Part shown: piece after piece, positions 1 to 10,311 of the stretch
How the letters are laid out: the number at the start of each line of letters is the position of its first letter
Numbering within the stretch: position 1 is the stretch's first letter
Assembly: GCA_965248535.1 (NCBI GenBank)
Contig: CBDFJR010000005.1
Span: 1,472,001 to 1,536,000 of the forward strand
Direction: 5' to 3'
Length of the DNA: 64,000 nt
Source of the DNA: Phormidesmis sp.
GTDB taxonomy: Bacteria; Cyanobacteriota; Cyanobacteriia; Leptolyngbyales; Leptolyngbyaceae
Notes under the pieces: generated by a model
Told to the model about the DNA's origin: nothing
What the model saw: the letters and a program-made list of their open reading frames with translations, nothing else
Databases searched by the model: none
Position numbers and translations under genes: made by a program

Positions 1-779
1 TGAATTCATCAAAACCGCCTCAGATTAGCCTCAAACAGGTCAGTTTTGCCTCAAAGGGATTCGTTAGCCAGAAGTTGGGATCACGGCCGATCGGGGCCCA
101 CTCTTTGCTGCGCGATATCTCATTTGAGGTGTTTCAAGGGGAGCGGGTCGCGATCGTCGGCGCATCTGGGTCAGGCAAAACAACGCTGCTGCGATTGCTC
201 AATCGCTTAAACGAACCCACTCAGGGATCGCTCTATTTAGAAGGTCAAGACTTTCGGCAAATTCCGGTGCTGCAACTGCGCCAGCAAATCACCTTAGTGC
301 AGCAAGAATCAAAATTGTTGGGGATGACGGTGCAAGAGGCGTTGCTCTACCCCCTCAGGCTCAGAGGCATTCCCTTTGCTGTCGCCGAGCAGCAGGTGAG
401 TGAGTGGGTTGATCGGCTGCATGTGCCTCAAGATTGGCTCGATCGCACCGAACTCCAGCTATCAGTTGGGCAACGGCAACTCGTGGCGATCGCCCGCGCT
501 CTAGTCATTCAACCCAAAGTTTTGCTTTTAGACGAACCCACGTCGGCCCTAGATTCGGGACGCAGTGATCACGTTCTCAGCGTTCTCAAACGTCTGTCGG
601 GGATCACGATTTTAATGGCCAATCATCAGCTAGATTTGGCGCAATCCTTCAGCGATCGGGTGCTGCATTTGCACCGAGGCGAACTGGTGCAAGACGCATT
701 GAGCGATCGCCTAGACTGGCAGGTGTTGAGATCTACGATCGTCCAATCAGATGCTCAAGAATCGGCGGAGTGGGAGTGA
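1..779 (+). CDS. ABC transporter ATP-binding protein (start probably one base before the window)
   Basis: Walker A GASGSGKT, LSVGQ signature, LLLDEP Walker B. The frame is open from position 3 (NSSKPPQISLKQVSF...) and the window begins with TG. Confidence 0.85.
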   Translation, partial: NSSKPPQISLKQVSFASKGFVSQKLGSRPIGAHSLLRDISFEVFQGERVAIVGASGSGKTTLLRLLNRLNEPTQGSLYLEGQDFRQIPVLQLRQQITLVQQESKLLGMTVQEALLYPLRLRGIPFAVAEQQVSEWVDRLHVPQDWLDRTELQLSVGQRQLVAIARALVIQPKVLLLDEPTSALDSGRSDHVLSVLKRLSGITILMANHQLDLAQSFSDRVLHLHRGELVQDALSDRLDWQVLRSTIVQSDAQESAEWE

Positions 780-780
780 A

Positions 781-1566
781 TCAAAGTCTACGATCGCTCA
801 CCACCATCCGATCGCTAGGACGACTCGCCGCCTTGCGATGATTGCCGCTAGTATAGTCAGACTGGGGCGGCAGAGGCGCACTGAGAACTTCTAAATTGAG
901 CCGATAGCCCACATTCCGCACAGTTTGAATCAGGTTAGGCTGTCGGGGATCTAGCTCTACCTTTTTTCGCAGCGAAAGGACGTGAGTATCGACCGTGCGG
1001 GGATTATCGATCGCATCGGGCCAAGCTCGCTGCAACAGATCTTGACGGCTCAACGGTGCGCCGCCTGCCTGGGCCAACACATAGAGCAAGCTAAACTCTT
1101 GGGGGGTTAACTCGATCAACTGACCCTTAAACCGCACTCGACGATGCACCAAATCGATCTTGAGATCGCCATAGTCAAGATGAGCCGGAGGAGCCGATAG
1201 CCGAGTTCGTCGCGTTAGCGCCTCGACTCGGGCCAAAAACTCCTGCATCCCAAAGGGTTTGGTCAGATAGTCATCTGCGCCAGCCCTGAGACCCTCGACG
1301 ATATCAGACTCGGTGGTGCGCGCCGAAAGCATGAGAATCATCGCCTGCTGCTGTTGACGCAGCCAGCGGCAAAACTCAATGCCGTCTCCATGAGGCAATT
1401 CTGAATCGAGGATCACCAGGTTAGGTTGCCGGGTTGAGAAGACCTCTCTCGCTTGATGCAGGTCTGCCGACTGATGCACATGGTGTCCTGCCTGCTGTAA
1501 GTGCCACCCAAGTAGCGATCGCAGGTGCGGATTTCCTTCAATAATCTGAATGTTTACGGCTCCCAC
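781..1566 (-). CDS. nrrA: OmpR-family response regulator, NrrA-like (nitrogen-regulated)
   Basis: N-terminus IEGNPHLRSLLGWHLQQ typical of cyanobacterial NrrA; receiver plus winged-helix domains; NtcA promoter upstream. Confidence 0.8.
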   Translation of the reverse strand: MGAVNIQIIEGNPHLRSLLGWHLQQAGHHVHQSADLHQAREVFSTRQPNLVILDSELPHGDGIEFCRWLRQQQQAMILMLSARTTESDIVEGLRAGADDYLTKPFGMQEFLARVEALTRRTRLSAPPAHLDYGDLKIDLVHRRVRFKGQLIELTPQEFSLLYVLAQAGGAPLSRQDLLQRAWPDAIDNPRTVDTHVLSLRKKVELDPRQPNLIQTVRNVGYRLNLEVLSAPLPPQSDYTSGNHRKAASRPSDRMVVSDRRL

Positions 1567-1599
1567 GGGGGCTGGCTTTCCTGAGACTGCTTGACCTTA

Positions 1600-1641
1600 A
1601 GAGTATCAAAGCGATCGGGATGGGTTTGTAACGACTGCTAC
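1600..1641 (-). promoter_or_regulatory. NtcA-activated promoter of nrrA
   Basis: GTA-ACGACTGC-TAC (GTA-N8-TAC) at 1628-1641, then 22 nt, then -10 TACTCT (TAN3T) at 1605-1600 on the minus strand. Confidence 0.85.
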
Positions 1642-1865
1642 CCTAGATTTCTCTGGTTCTAGATAAATCAAAAACTGGGTCACGACCCCAAGCGCCGATC
1701 CTGAGCGAATGTCCAGACATATCAACACAAAGATAGGGAGGAATCTAAAAGGTTGATGTTAAGATCAGGTTATAAGTTCCGTGTAGTTAAGCTACGCCTG
1801 TGTATCAACCTGTCCACATTTGAAACGTTTCGATCAAAAGGCTGTTCACGATTTAGCGACACACT

Positions 1866-2111
1866 ATGCTTCAAGATACGCTCACCATTCGCTACTACCA
1901 ACGACTGACTGATGGCTTGGTGGGGTTGTGGAACCGGGGATACCGCTTCGATGACCTGCGCCTTTATCTCGACGGCTATTTGGCTGCTTTGAGACACACC
2001 AACTCCTTAGAGCCTTATCAGGTCAACCGTCTTGAAGAAGAAATGACTCGATTTGTCTACGACTCGTCTAATTTTGAGAATCCAGTCGAGCCGGAACGAG
2101 ACTATCGTTAA
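1866..2111 (+). CDS. Conserved small cyanobacterial protein (DUF6761-like)
   Basis: 81 aa ORF MLQDTLTIRYYQRLTD..., divergent from nrrA. Confidence 0.7.
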   Translation: MLQDTLTIRYYQRLTDGLVGLWNRGYRFDDLRLYLDGYLAALRHTNSLEPYQVNRLEEEMTRFVYDSSNFENPVEPERDYR

Positions 2112-2119
2112 AGGGTTAG

Positions 2120-2147
2120 AGGGTGCGTCGCAGACGTGCCCTTTTTG
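2120..2147 (+). terminator. Probable intrinsic terminator
   Basis: Hairpin agggtgcgtc-gca-gacgtgccct followed by a T run, between convergent genes. Confidence 0.55.
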
Positions 2148-2216
2148 CGTTTATAGCCCTCAAAAAGGGGCAGCAGATTTTTTCTGTTACCCCCACTTAT
2201 TCAACTATGGCTAACC

Positions 2217-2540
2217 TTAGGAAGCCATGGCAACTTCGACCATTTGCTGAAGTTCGCCTTTTTGATATAGCTCGATCAGAATGTCGGAGCCTCCTAGAAA
2301 CTCACCATTGATATAGACCTGGGGAATGGTGGGCCAGTTTGAATATTCTTTGATGCCCTGACGGACTTCGGGATCTGCCAAAACGTCGATCGTTTCATAG
2401 GGCACCCCCAACGTGTTGAGAATCTGCACCACGTTGTTTGAAAACCCACACTGGGGCATGAGTTTATTGCCCTTCATGAAGACCATGATCTTGTTGTCTT
2501 TGATGAGAGTGTTGATACGATCGTGGGTTGCTTCTGTCAT
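2217..2540 (-). CDS. grxD: Monothiol glutaredoxin Grx4 family
   Basis: CGFS active site, WPTIPQ and GGSD motifs; start placed at MTEATH. Confidence 0.95.
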   Translation of the reverse strand: MTEATHDRINTLIKDNKIMVFMKGNKLMPQCGFSNNVVQILNTLGVPYETIDVLADPEVRQGIKEYSNWPTIPQVYINGEFLGGSDILIELYQKGELQQMVEVAMAS

Positions 2541-2583
2541 GATTTGCTCTCTGAGAATTGTGAACAAGTAAACAACTAAATAG

Positions 2584-2835
2584 CTATTGGGCGGTGGCCC
2601 ATTCTTCAGGCGTGTAAGTGTTGAGCGCTAGGGCATGGATGGCTTCTGATGCCATTGCCTGCTGCACAGCACCATAGACCAGTTGATGCTGTTGCACTCG
2701 CCGCTTTCCTGCAAACAGCGATGAGACGACCGTCACCTGGTAGTGATCTCCGCCCCCTGTCAGGTCTTGAACCTGCACCTGAGCATCAGGCAATCCAGCT
2801 TTGATCAATCCTTCAACCTGATCTGGGCTAATCAT
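2584..2835 (-). CDS. bolA: BolA family protein
   Basis: GGGDHY and IHALAL motifs; adjacent to grxD. Confidence 0.93.
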   Translation of the reverse strand: MISPDQVEGLIKAGLPDAQVQVQDLTGGGDHYQVTVVSSLFAGKRRVQQHQLVYGAVQQAMASEAIHALALNTYTPEEWATAQ

Positions 2836-2910
2836 CCATTCTCCTGGGGCTATTACAAACTCTTTTCTTTAGTCTAACCGTTGACCGCGCATCATTTTGT
2901 GAAAGAAAGG

Positions 2911-3822
2911 CTAGGAATTTGCCTGGGCAGCCTGCACCGATCGCTGGGCAAAGTCTCTAATTATCTGCAAATTTTCGGGTTTGTCAAACGCGGCTTCTCG
3001 ATGATTGTGCCCCGCGTGGGGGATCAGCAGCAGTTGTTTGGGCTGAGGGGCAGCTTCATAAAGCGCTTTGCCGATCGCGACCGGAATCAACTCATCATCC
3101 ACGCCGTGAATAAACAGAGACGGCATTTTGAGCGATCGGACTTTTTTCACCGAGTCGAATTTTTGGGTCAGAATCCATTCGATGGGAAACAGTCGAAATT
3201 TCCAATCTTGCGCGGCCACCTGCTGAATCGAGGTGAAGGAACTCGACACGATCACCCCGGCGATTTTTGGATTTTGACTAGCGAGATTGATGGCGATCGC
3301 GCCCCCTAATGAGTGCCCATACGCAACTATTTTTTGAGGTGAAATCCGCCGTTCTTTGACCAGATAATCCAACGCGGTTTGAGCATCTTGATAGACAGCC
3401 GCCTCTGATGGAAAACTGCCCTGACTGCGACCATAGCCCCGATAATCGATCATCAAAATTGAAAACCCCAAGTCATAAAAGCGCCGAGCTTTGACCTCAA
3501 CGCTGATATTGCCGCCGTTGCCGTGCAGATAAAGCATCGTCGCTAAAGGGCGAACACCTCCGGTGCAGGGAACCTGTGCGTGGGAAATCCACCAGCCATG
3601 AATGTGTTCTATTTTGCCCGCTTGAGTTGAGACAGGCAACCAAACCTCTTGACGAGGCAGATTGAGGGCATCCAAGTCTTTATAGTCATGGGCATCGGGC
3701 ACAAAGAGCAGGCGACTTTGGGCAAAAAATAGGATGAGGCAGATCGTGAGATAAGCGATCGCTAAAAACTTCCCCAGGTTCGCCAACAACCGCCGCCCTC
3801 TCGGTAAAATTCTCACCGTCAT
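2911..3822 (-). CDS. Alpha/beta hydrolase (ABHD/Bem46-like)
   Basis: HGNGGN, GHSLGG nucleophile elbow, HG-DE and GHNH motifs; N-terminal hydrophobic segment. Confidence 0.88.
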   Translation of the reverse strand: MTVRILPRGRRLLANLGKFLAIAYLTICLILFFAQSRLLFVPDAHDYKDLDALNLPRQEVWLPVSTQAGKIEHIHGWWISHAQVPCTGGVRPLATMLYLHGNGGNISVEVKARRFYDLGFSILMIDYRGYGRSQGSFPSEAAVYQDAQTALDYLVKERRISPQKIVAYGHSLGGAIAINLASQNPKIAGVIVSSSFTSIQQVAAQDWKFRLFPIEWILTQKFDSVKKVRSLKMPSLFIHGVDDELIPVAIGKALYEAAPQPKQLLLIPHAGHNHREAAFDKPENLQIIRDFAQRSVQAAQANS

Positions 3823-3828
3823 GATGCC

Positions 3829-5512
3829 CTAACGAAGTCGCTTTTGCCAGTCGGCGATTGCTTTTTGCGCCTCGGCATAGGCTTGAGGACGCTCTTTGGG
3901 CACTAGTTGAGCCGCCGCGATCGCTTGCTTATAGGATCGGTCTGCTGCCCGTCTCTTAGCAATGTCTAAAATGTCGCGGCTCCAGCGCTCAATATCGATT
4001 TGAGCTTGAGCATAGAGCGGATCGGTCTCAGGCACTTGGCTAGCCCGCTCGATCGCCCTATTAGCATCAGAGGCCGAAATCGGTTTAATCAATCCTCTCG
4101 CTTCGTTGAGAATCGCCTGACTGTCTCTGACCGGAGATAGACTCGCTGTAACAGCCGGAGACGGACTTGCGGACGCGACAGGCGAAGGACTCACGGCCGC
4201 GATCGGAGAGGGCTTATTCAGCAGGTAGCTTGGTTGAGTTGGGCACGATCGCTACACTGGGTTTGGGAGAAGTTGGCGCTTCGACTAGGGGCACGATCGG
4301 CTGAGAACTCGTTGCCGATTTTTGCCCCCAAAACGTTGACCAATTGCGAATAAACACTCCCGCCAACAGCAGCAAGAGAATGGCACTGCCGCCAAACAGC
4401 AGCCGCTCCCAAAACATCTGATCCTGTGCCTGGGTCTCTTCAGGAGCACTCGGAGTCACCCCAGGCTTTGGAACCTGCGGAACGGTAGAGATAGGAGCAA
4501 CCTCATCGCTTAACGCTTCTTGACGAGATTCAACAGGCATGGTTTTCTCAAGCTCTGGCTCAAGCGGGGCAGTTTGAGAATAATCAGCAGGCAACTCATA
4601 GGGGTTGGGCAACCCGTCTGAAGTCGGGGCAACGTTGAGGTTTGAGTCAAACAAATCCTCTTTGATCAAAAATGGATTTGCCTCACCGGGATCTGCCTCA
4701 GTCAGAGCCATCTCACTCGGAGTCGTTTCACTCGGAGTCACCCAAGAATCTGCCTCCGTCCAATTAACGGGAGTAATCACTAAATTCAGTTGATCCAGTG
4801 ACGCGAGGGCGATCACCGGGTCTTGAATCGGGCGATCGTTGTGCTCACACAATTCTGGCAGACGGCTGTTGAGAAACTCTTCTAAATTTGCCAGCGTCGA
4901 GCATTGGTGAGCGCGCAACCCTTCTAACAGCGTGGCGGTAAACAAGCCGTGACCTAGCTCTAGCGCCTCATGAGAAAACTGGTCAGGTTTGCTGGCTATC
5001 ACCGTCGCGATGCGAGTTGCGCGGGCAAGATCTGCGATCTCAAGCCCCACCTTCTCACCCGAAAAAGCGGCTTGGCTGTGGTTAATATCCATCAACACCA
5101 AAATGTCTTGAGTCGGCAAGGTTTTGAGGCTGTCAAACAGAGATCGCACCGGAACGCCCATATTGGCGATGTCTGACGGGTCAGCCTCGATCGGCAGCAA
5201 ATAATCCTGTCCTTTCCAACAGACCCCATAGCCGCTAAAAAACACCCACACCAGATCGCCCGGCTGAATTAATTCTCTACCAAAATAATTGAGCCAGCCC
5301 TGAAGATTGCCGCGACTGGGGTAGGTCGATCGCCCCGTCACTGAGGGAGATGTGTCTGTAAAGAGAATGCAGCGATTGGGCAAAAATCCGGCTTCACTCA
5401 CCAAACATTCACACAGCGCCTGGGCATCTTGTTGTGCAAATTTTAGGGGCTGAAGAAATTGATAGTGATTGATTCCAACGGCGATCGCCCAATGGTTGGC
5501 CATTTCAGACAC
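3829..5512 (-). pseudogene. Caspase-like (C14/p20) pseudo-orthocaspase with TM segment; frameshifted near 4214-4250 (possibly a sequencing error)
   Basis: AIAVGINHY and LKFAQQDA p20 motifs; catalytic positions read SGYG and DINH. The ORF 4214-5512 continues in another frame into 3829-4194. Confidence 0.75.
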
Positions 5513-5724
5513 CTCACATGAGTTAGCAAAGACAGATAGCAGGGAGTTAATCGAGGCTGATCAGGTCAGACAGTTGGGCTTGCCTCTCGATCAAGAGTGA
5601 TCCGAAGGGCATAACTGCTGACATGATAGAAAAATGAATTCACTGGAAATATTAAAGACCAGATTGTTGATTCTGAAGTAGAAACTGTTGCCGAGACTAA
5701 ACTCACATCACCCAGGAGTTAAAG

Positions 5725-6228
5725 ATGGTTGCCGATCGCTCTTGCCAAAAGCCCCGTCGATTTGTTAGACCAAGACCCACGGCGATCGGGGTCGCTGTTT
5801 GGCTGGGGGTGACGGGCGTGATGTGTTCTGTTGCAGGCACGATCGCGCCGCGAGTCGTTCAAGCTTACACGACTAGGGTTGATGTGTCCCTCGATCGCTT
5901 GCCTGACGAAAGCTATGATGCACTGATTCGCAGAGCCGATATTGTTGCTAGGGCGGCGGCGCAGCGTGGCTTCGATCGAGACATTCTCACCAGCGAGGTC
6001 TCGGTGATTGTGATCGGGCGCAATCAAGGCGCAGAAACTCCCATTTTGACTCTAGATGTCAGTCGAGTGCAGTGGAGCGGCCGCCCAGATACGAGACGTT
6101 GGGCAACTTATTACAAAACGTCGGCGGTGCTGTTGGGGTTTGAGAAACTGTCTCCGCCTCCTATAGCGGTGACTGCTCCCACTCCGGTTGTGGCACCGAC
6201 TCCTGGCACCAACGCACCCAAGCGGTAG
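5725..6228 (+). CDS. Hypothetical exported protein
   Basis: 167 aa ORF with N-terminal hydrophobic segment and Pro-rich tail. Confidence 0.65.
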   Translation: MVADRSCQKPRRFVRPRPTAIGVAVWLGVTGVMCSVAGTIAPRVVQAYTTRVDVSLDRLPDESYDALIRRADIVARAAAQRGFDRDILTSEVSVIVIGRNQGAETPILTLDVSRVQWSGRPDTRRWATYYKTSAVLLGFEKLSPPPIAVTAPTPVVAPTPGTNAPKR

Positions 6229-6450
6229 GCTAGGACTCCGATAGAGCAACACGAGGCTGCTCTTAAAGACCCGCAGTGGAATGTGCTGGGTGGGTTTGGG
6301 CGCGAGGTGAAGACAATCTCCGATCGCTAGACTGCGTTCATGCAGTTTTCTAATTGCCAACCTGCTCAATATGATGTCAACACGCAAGCATGAATGACAT
6401 CAGAGAGTCGAGACTCAATGGGATCAAGATGCTCTCCATAATCGATCTAC

Positions 6451-6693
6451 CCGATCGCAGGTCACATTCCCGGAGCGGTTAACTATCCCTGGCAAGACGC
6501 GACTGACGCAAATGGGTTGATTCGTTCGGCGCGAGAACAGCGCGATCGCTGGGCATCCTTGTAATCTGCGGATGAGATTGTGGTCTATTGTGGGTCAGGG
6601 GTCACGGCTTGCGTCAATCTGTTGTCTTTAGCGATCGCAGACATTGACACCGGAAAGCTCTATGCAGGTAGCTGGAGTGATTGGTGTTCTTAT
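6451..6693 (+). pseudogene. Remnant of a rhodanese/sulfurtransferase (SseA-like) C-terminal domain
   Basis: Translates PIAGHIPGAVNYPW...VVYCGSGVTAC...LYAGSWSDWCSY with an in-frame TAA at 6562-6564; no N-terminal half. Confidence 0.85.
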
Positions 6694-7213
6694 AGAAACG
6701 GGAGAGCCTGAGAACCCGCAAAACCCATCGTGCTTCAGCCGTGGGATGTAGCGAGGGTTCTCGCGCCTGCGGCAGCAGGCAGAGTCCAGCAATCTTCATG
6801 AAATCGCACTCCGATTTGTGATAATTTTGTACTTGTGGAAAGGTAATCAACCACTTTAAAAACCTTGCTGTCGAGAGACACGCTGAACCTTGAAAATTGA
6901 ATCTATGCGGTTCTACTGCATTTTTCTAGACTCCCCCTCGCAGTAGGTAAAAGATTTAGAGGAGCTAGACAAACAGCATTTTGAGGCCTATCTGCTTCAA
7001 ACTTAAACAGGACTTGCGGCGCTCAGTGCTGAAGACGGGTTTCCCGTCGCAGGCAACTGAGTAAGAGAAAAGCAAATAGGGTAGGGCATACCCGAATTAA
7101 CGCTTGGGGAGAATCCCACCTCTGGTCTAGATGACGCAAGGACTCTAGGTTAAGTGGTTTCATTGAACCAAGAATCCCACGGCTCCGCAAAGCTAAAGCC
7201 GTGGGAGTGTCAA
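6694..7213 (+). mobile_element. Non-autonomous IS200/IS605-family element (520 bp, no ORF)
   Basis: Both ends resemble those of the tnpB element at 33230-34658; preceded by TTAT and ends in GTGTCAA. Excision restores stop codons to both flanking genes. Confidence 0.88.
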
Positions 7214-8376
7214 CTTTGACTAACCAACCGCAGCGATCGCACAGTTTCGAGGATCACGTCAGCGGCGCGATCGAGGTCTTCACCCGTGTTGAATCGCCCA
7301 ATCCCCACCCGAATCGACGCATAGGCTAGCTTGTCAGAAAGCCCCAACGCTTGAAGGACATGAGACGGCTCAATCTTGGCAGATGTGCAGGCAGAACCCG
7401 ACGATACCGCGATCGCTGGCTGCACGCCCAACAAAAGAGCTTGCCCATCTACGCCGTCTACGCTGAGGTTGAGATTTCCCGGTAGGCGTTGGGTCGGGTG
7501 TCCATTTAAGTGAACGCCGTCTAGCTGACACACTCGCTGCCACAGACGATCGCGCAATTTGGTTAAGCGCAGTGACTCGGCTGGCATCTCTGCGATCGCT
7601 AGCTCAACCGCTTTGGCAAACCCGACGATCTGGGGCGGATAGAGAGTGCCCGATCGCAGCCCCCGCTCGTGGCCGCCGCCGTGCATTTGAGGCGCGATTT
7701 GAACTCTAGGATTTCGTCGCCGCACATACAACGCGCCGATGCCCTTGGGGCCATAGACTTTGTGAGCCGTCAGAGACATTAAATCGATCTGCATTGCCTC
7801 GACATCTAGCGGAATTTTTCCGATCGCTTGCGCTGCGTCAGTGTGAAATAGCACATGGTGCTTGTGACAGAGATGCCCGATCGCGGCTAAAGGCTGCAAC
7901 ACGCCAATCTCATTATTAGCCGCCATGATCGACACCAAAATCGTGTCCGATCGCAGGGTCTTTTCTAACTCATTCAGATTGACTAAACCATCGGGTTCTA
8001 TGGGCAAAATGGTGACTTCAAACCCTAACAATTGCAGATAACGACCCGGATCAAGAACAGCATTATGCTCTGTCTGAAGGGTAACAATGTGTCGTCCTCG
8101 ATCGAAAGACGCTTCAGCAACACCCTTAATCGCCAGATTGTTGGCTTCGGTGGCACCACTCGTAAACACAATCTCTTTAGGGGTCGCGTTAATCGAATCT
8201 GCCAGAGTGGTTCGGGCTTGCTGAATCGCGGCTTCTGCCTCCCACCCATAGAGGTGCCCCCCGCTCGACGGGTTGCCAAACTGTTGAGTGAAATAGGGCA
8301 CCATGGCGGCTAGCACCCGATCATCTACGGGCGTAGTCGCTTGATTATCAAGATAGATCGGACGTTGAGCCATCAT
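7210..8376 (-). CDS. iscS: Cysteine desulfurase IscS/NifS type
   Basis: YLDNQATTP, GNPSS, TAHKVYGPKG (PLP lysine), SSGSACTS. Confidence 0.93.
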   Translation of the reverse strand: MMAQRPIYLDNQATTPVDDRVLAAMVPYFTQQFGNPSSGGHLYGWEAEAAIQQARTTLADSINATPKEIVFTSGATEANNLAIKGVAEASFDRGRHIVTLQTEHNAVLDPGRYLQLLGFEVTILPIEPDGLVNLNELEKTLRSDTILVSIMAANNEIGVLQPLAAIGHLCHKHHVLFHTDAAQAIGKIPLDVEAMQIDLMSLTAHKVYGPKGIGALYVRRRNPRVQIAPQMHGGGHERGLRSGTLYPPQIVGFAKAVELAIAEMPAESLRLTKLRDRLWQRVCQLDGVHLNGHPTQRLPGNLNLSVDGVDGQALLLGVQPAIAVSSGSACTSAKIEPSHVLQALGLSDKLAYASIRVGIGRFNTGEDLDRAADVILETVRSLRLVSQS

Positions 8377-8509
8377 TCACTCATTCTAGCTCAGGGCCCG
8401 TTAGCGACAGATTGCCGTTTTGCGGGTGTCAATCGCACCTAGTTCAACGTCAGTCTCCCAGGCAGGTGCATCCGCTCTAAACAAATGCACCCTGCCAAAA
8501 AACGAGCGA

Positions 8510-10123
8510 CTACTTCGCGGGTTTAAGGGCCAGCACTGCTTCAAACTGGCTCGTGACTTGATCGGTTTGAATGGTCGTGCCACCCACCCCCAGAATAGAG
8601 TTTAGAATCGCAGTTGTCTCTGGTTTTGTGGCTGACTTTTGAGAAACTGGCGTAGCTTTGTTGACTAATGCCATTGTTTTCTCTACATCCATATAAAAGT
8701 AGCCGATGTTTTGCTTAGGCAGAGAAGCTGTCACTGCCTTAAAGCGATCGCTGGTTTCTAACGACGCATTGGCGTGACTGGACACCGCGCTCACCAGTTG
8801 ATCGCCCATTGCTATAAACAGGGTGTTGTCATCTAACCAGCCATGACCCAAAAGCGCGCCTTTAGGGGTTTGCCACTCAGTGACTTTTTTGCCGTTGATC
8901 TCGCGTTGAGCGATCGTCAGAGATTGGCTCTTGGCCAACGTGTCCAGTTTACTAATTGTGGCTTCGGCAGTTTTACGATCGCTGGTGTTAAACACCATCA
9001 CCCCTCCCACTCCAAACTGAGACAGCAGTCCTTGACTTAGGGGTGCCATGCCGATCGCAAACTCGCCATTCATCCAGCCAAAGATGTCGCGATCTAGGTC
9101 AAGACCAATCAGTTGGCTGCCGCCCCGCATCATATCGACAGACTGCTTGACCTCTGGGCTGTCTTTAGCTCGTGCCGTGACCTGACTCCAATAAGCGTTG
9201 AGGTCAGCGCCAGACACCAGCGCCAAGGTGTCGGCCGGAAACTGGGACACCACTTTGCCCGGAGACGGTTTAAACGCGATCGCGGTTTGGGGGTCAACCT
9301 TCACCGTTCCTTTGAGACGCAGACCGACCCCTTCAATGCTGACGGTGCTAACCACTGACTTCACTCGCCTGAGCGACTCTAAAGGCGATGAATTAATCCG
9401 GGTACTAGGGTCACTGCTCATGGCTTGGGCCACGTCAGCATAGTTAGGCACATAAAAGCGGGCTACAACAGCTTCTCCGTCACGCTCCGCCAATAGCGGG
9501 GTCACGTCTGATCGGCTGGCAAACGAGGGGCTGCCTTGGAGGGTCTCGATCGAGCGCTCGATCGCGGCTTTGTCAGACGACAGCACGAGATAAGCATCTT
9601 TGAGCACGGCCGTGTAGCCAGGTTTTTTGCTTTTGTCGTCAATCGCTTCGCTGATTTTGACCCCTTTATACTCAGTTTCAGTGCTTTTGACTTTTGCATT
9701 GCTCTTGAGCTTGTTGGCAAAGCTGAGGGCGCTCACTTTGTCTTTGATGGCGATCGCCATGAGCACCTCTGGTTTTTTAGGATCGGAGCCTGGCATCACC
9801 GCCACCATCAGGTTGCCCATCCAGGGTTTTAGGTCTTTGTCTACATCGACGTTGGATTCAGTCAGCATTTTTTGCTGGAAGTCTTGAAAGCTTTTATTAA
9901 CTGCCTGTTGAGCCTCTGGGGTGCCGAACTGCTTGAGCTTGTCCCAATTTTTTTCGTCTGTGGAGACAAAGGCTGCCATATAAGCTTTATCAGGAATCAC
10001 TTTGGCGATTCCTAACGGGGTCGCGGTGTCTCCGGGTGCCCCGTTGAGATAGAAATATCCGGCTACGCCGCCTGCCAGAGCAGTCACCGCTACAGCAGGT
10101 AAAATCAGCTTTTTCACAGACAT
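8510..10123 (-). CDS. DUF3352-like exported protein
   Basis: 537 aa; N-terminal anchor; DLKPWMG and DIFGWMNGEFAI motifs typical of this cyanobacterial family. Confidence 0.7.
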   Translation of the reverse strand: MSVKKLILPAVAVTALAGGVAGYFYLNGAPGDTATPLGIAKVIPDKAYMAAFVSTDEKNWDKLKQFGTPEAQQAVNKSFQDFQQKMLTESNVDVDKDLKPWMGNLMVAVMPGSDPKKPEVLMAIAIKDKVSALSFANKLKSNAKVKSTETEYKGVKISEAIDDKSKKPGYTAVLKDAYLVLSSDKAAIERSIETLQGSPSFASRSDVTPLLAERDGEAVVARFYVPNYADVAQAMSSDPSTRINSSPLESLRRVKSVVSTVSIEGVGLRLKGTVKVDPQTAIAFKPSPGKVVSQFPADTLALVSGADLNAYWSQVTARAKDSPEVKQSVDMMRGGSQLIGLDLDRDIFGWMNGEFAIGMAPLSQGLLSQFGVGGVMVFNTSDRKTAEATISKLDTLAKSQSLTIAQREINGKKVTEWQTPKGALLGHGWLDDNTLFIAMGDQLVSAVSSHANASLETSDRFKAVTASLPKQNIGYFYMDVEKTMALVNKATPVSQKSATKPETTAILNSILGVGGTTIQTDQVTSQFEAVLALKPAK

Positions 10124-10140
10124 TCAAGTTCCTCAGTGTT

Positions 10141-10154
10141 GTAAATATCATTAC
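10141..10154. promoter_or_regulatory. Possible NtcA box between the divergent DUF3352-like gene and moaA
   Basis: GTA-AATATCAT-TAC; no correctly spaced -10 box found. Confidence 0.3.
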
Positions 10155-10311
10155 GGTTGTTTTTAACATCACCCTGACACTGAGCAAATTCGGACGATGG
10201 AGCAATCTAATCGCCGCGAAGTCTTTGGACTGATGAATTACCCTGTGAGCACTTCTCAGCTATTCACTCTGGAGAATTGAAGCGATCGCGTTCATCAGTC
10301 ACAATAGGATC

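Noticed and set aside
6230..6450. Coding-like fragment between the hypothetical gene and the rhodanese remnant
   Set aside because: Interrupted by stops and I cannot assign it to any family.
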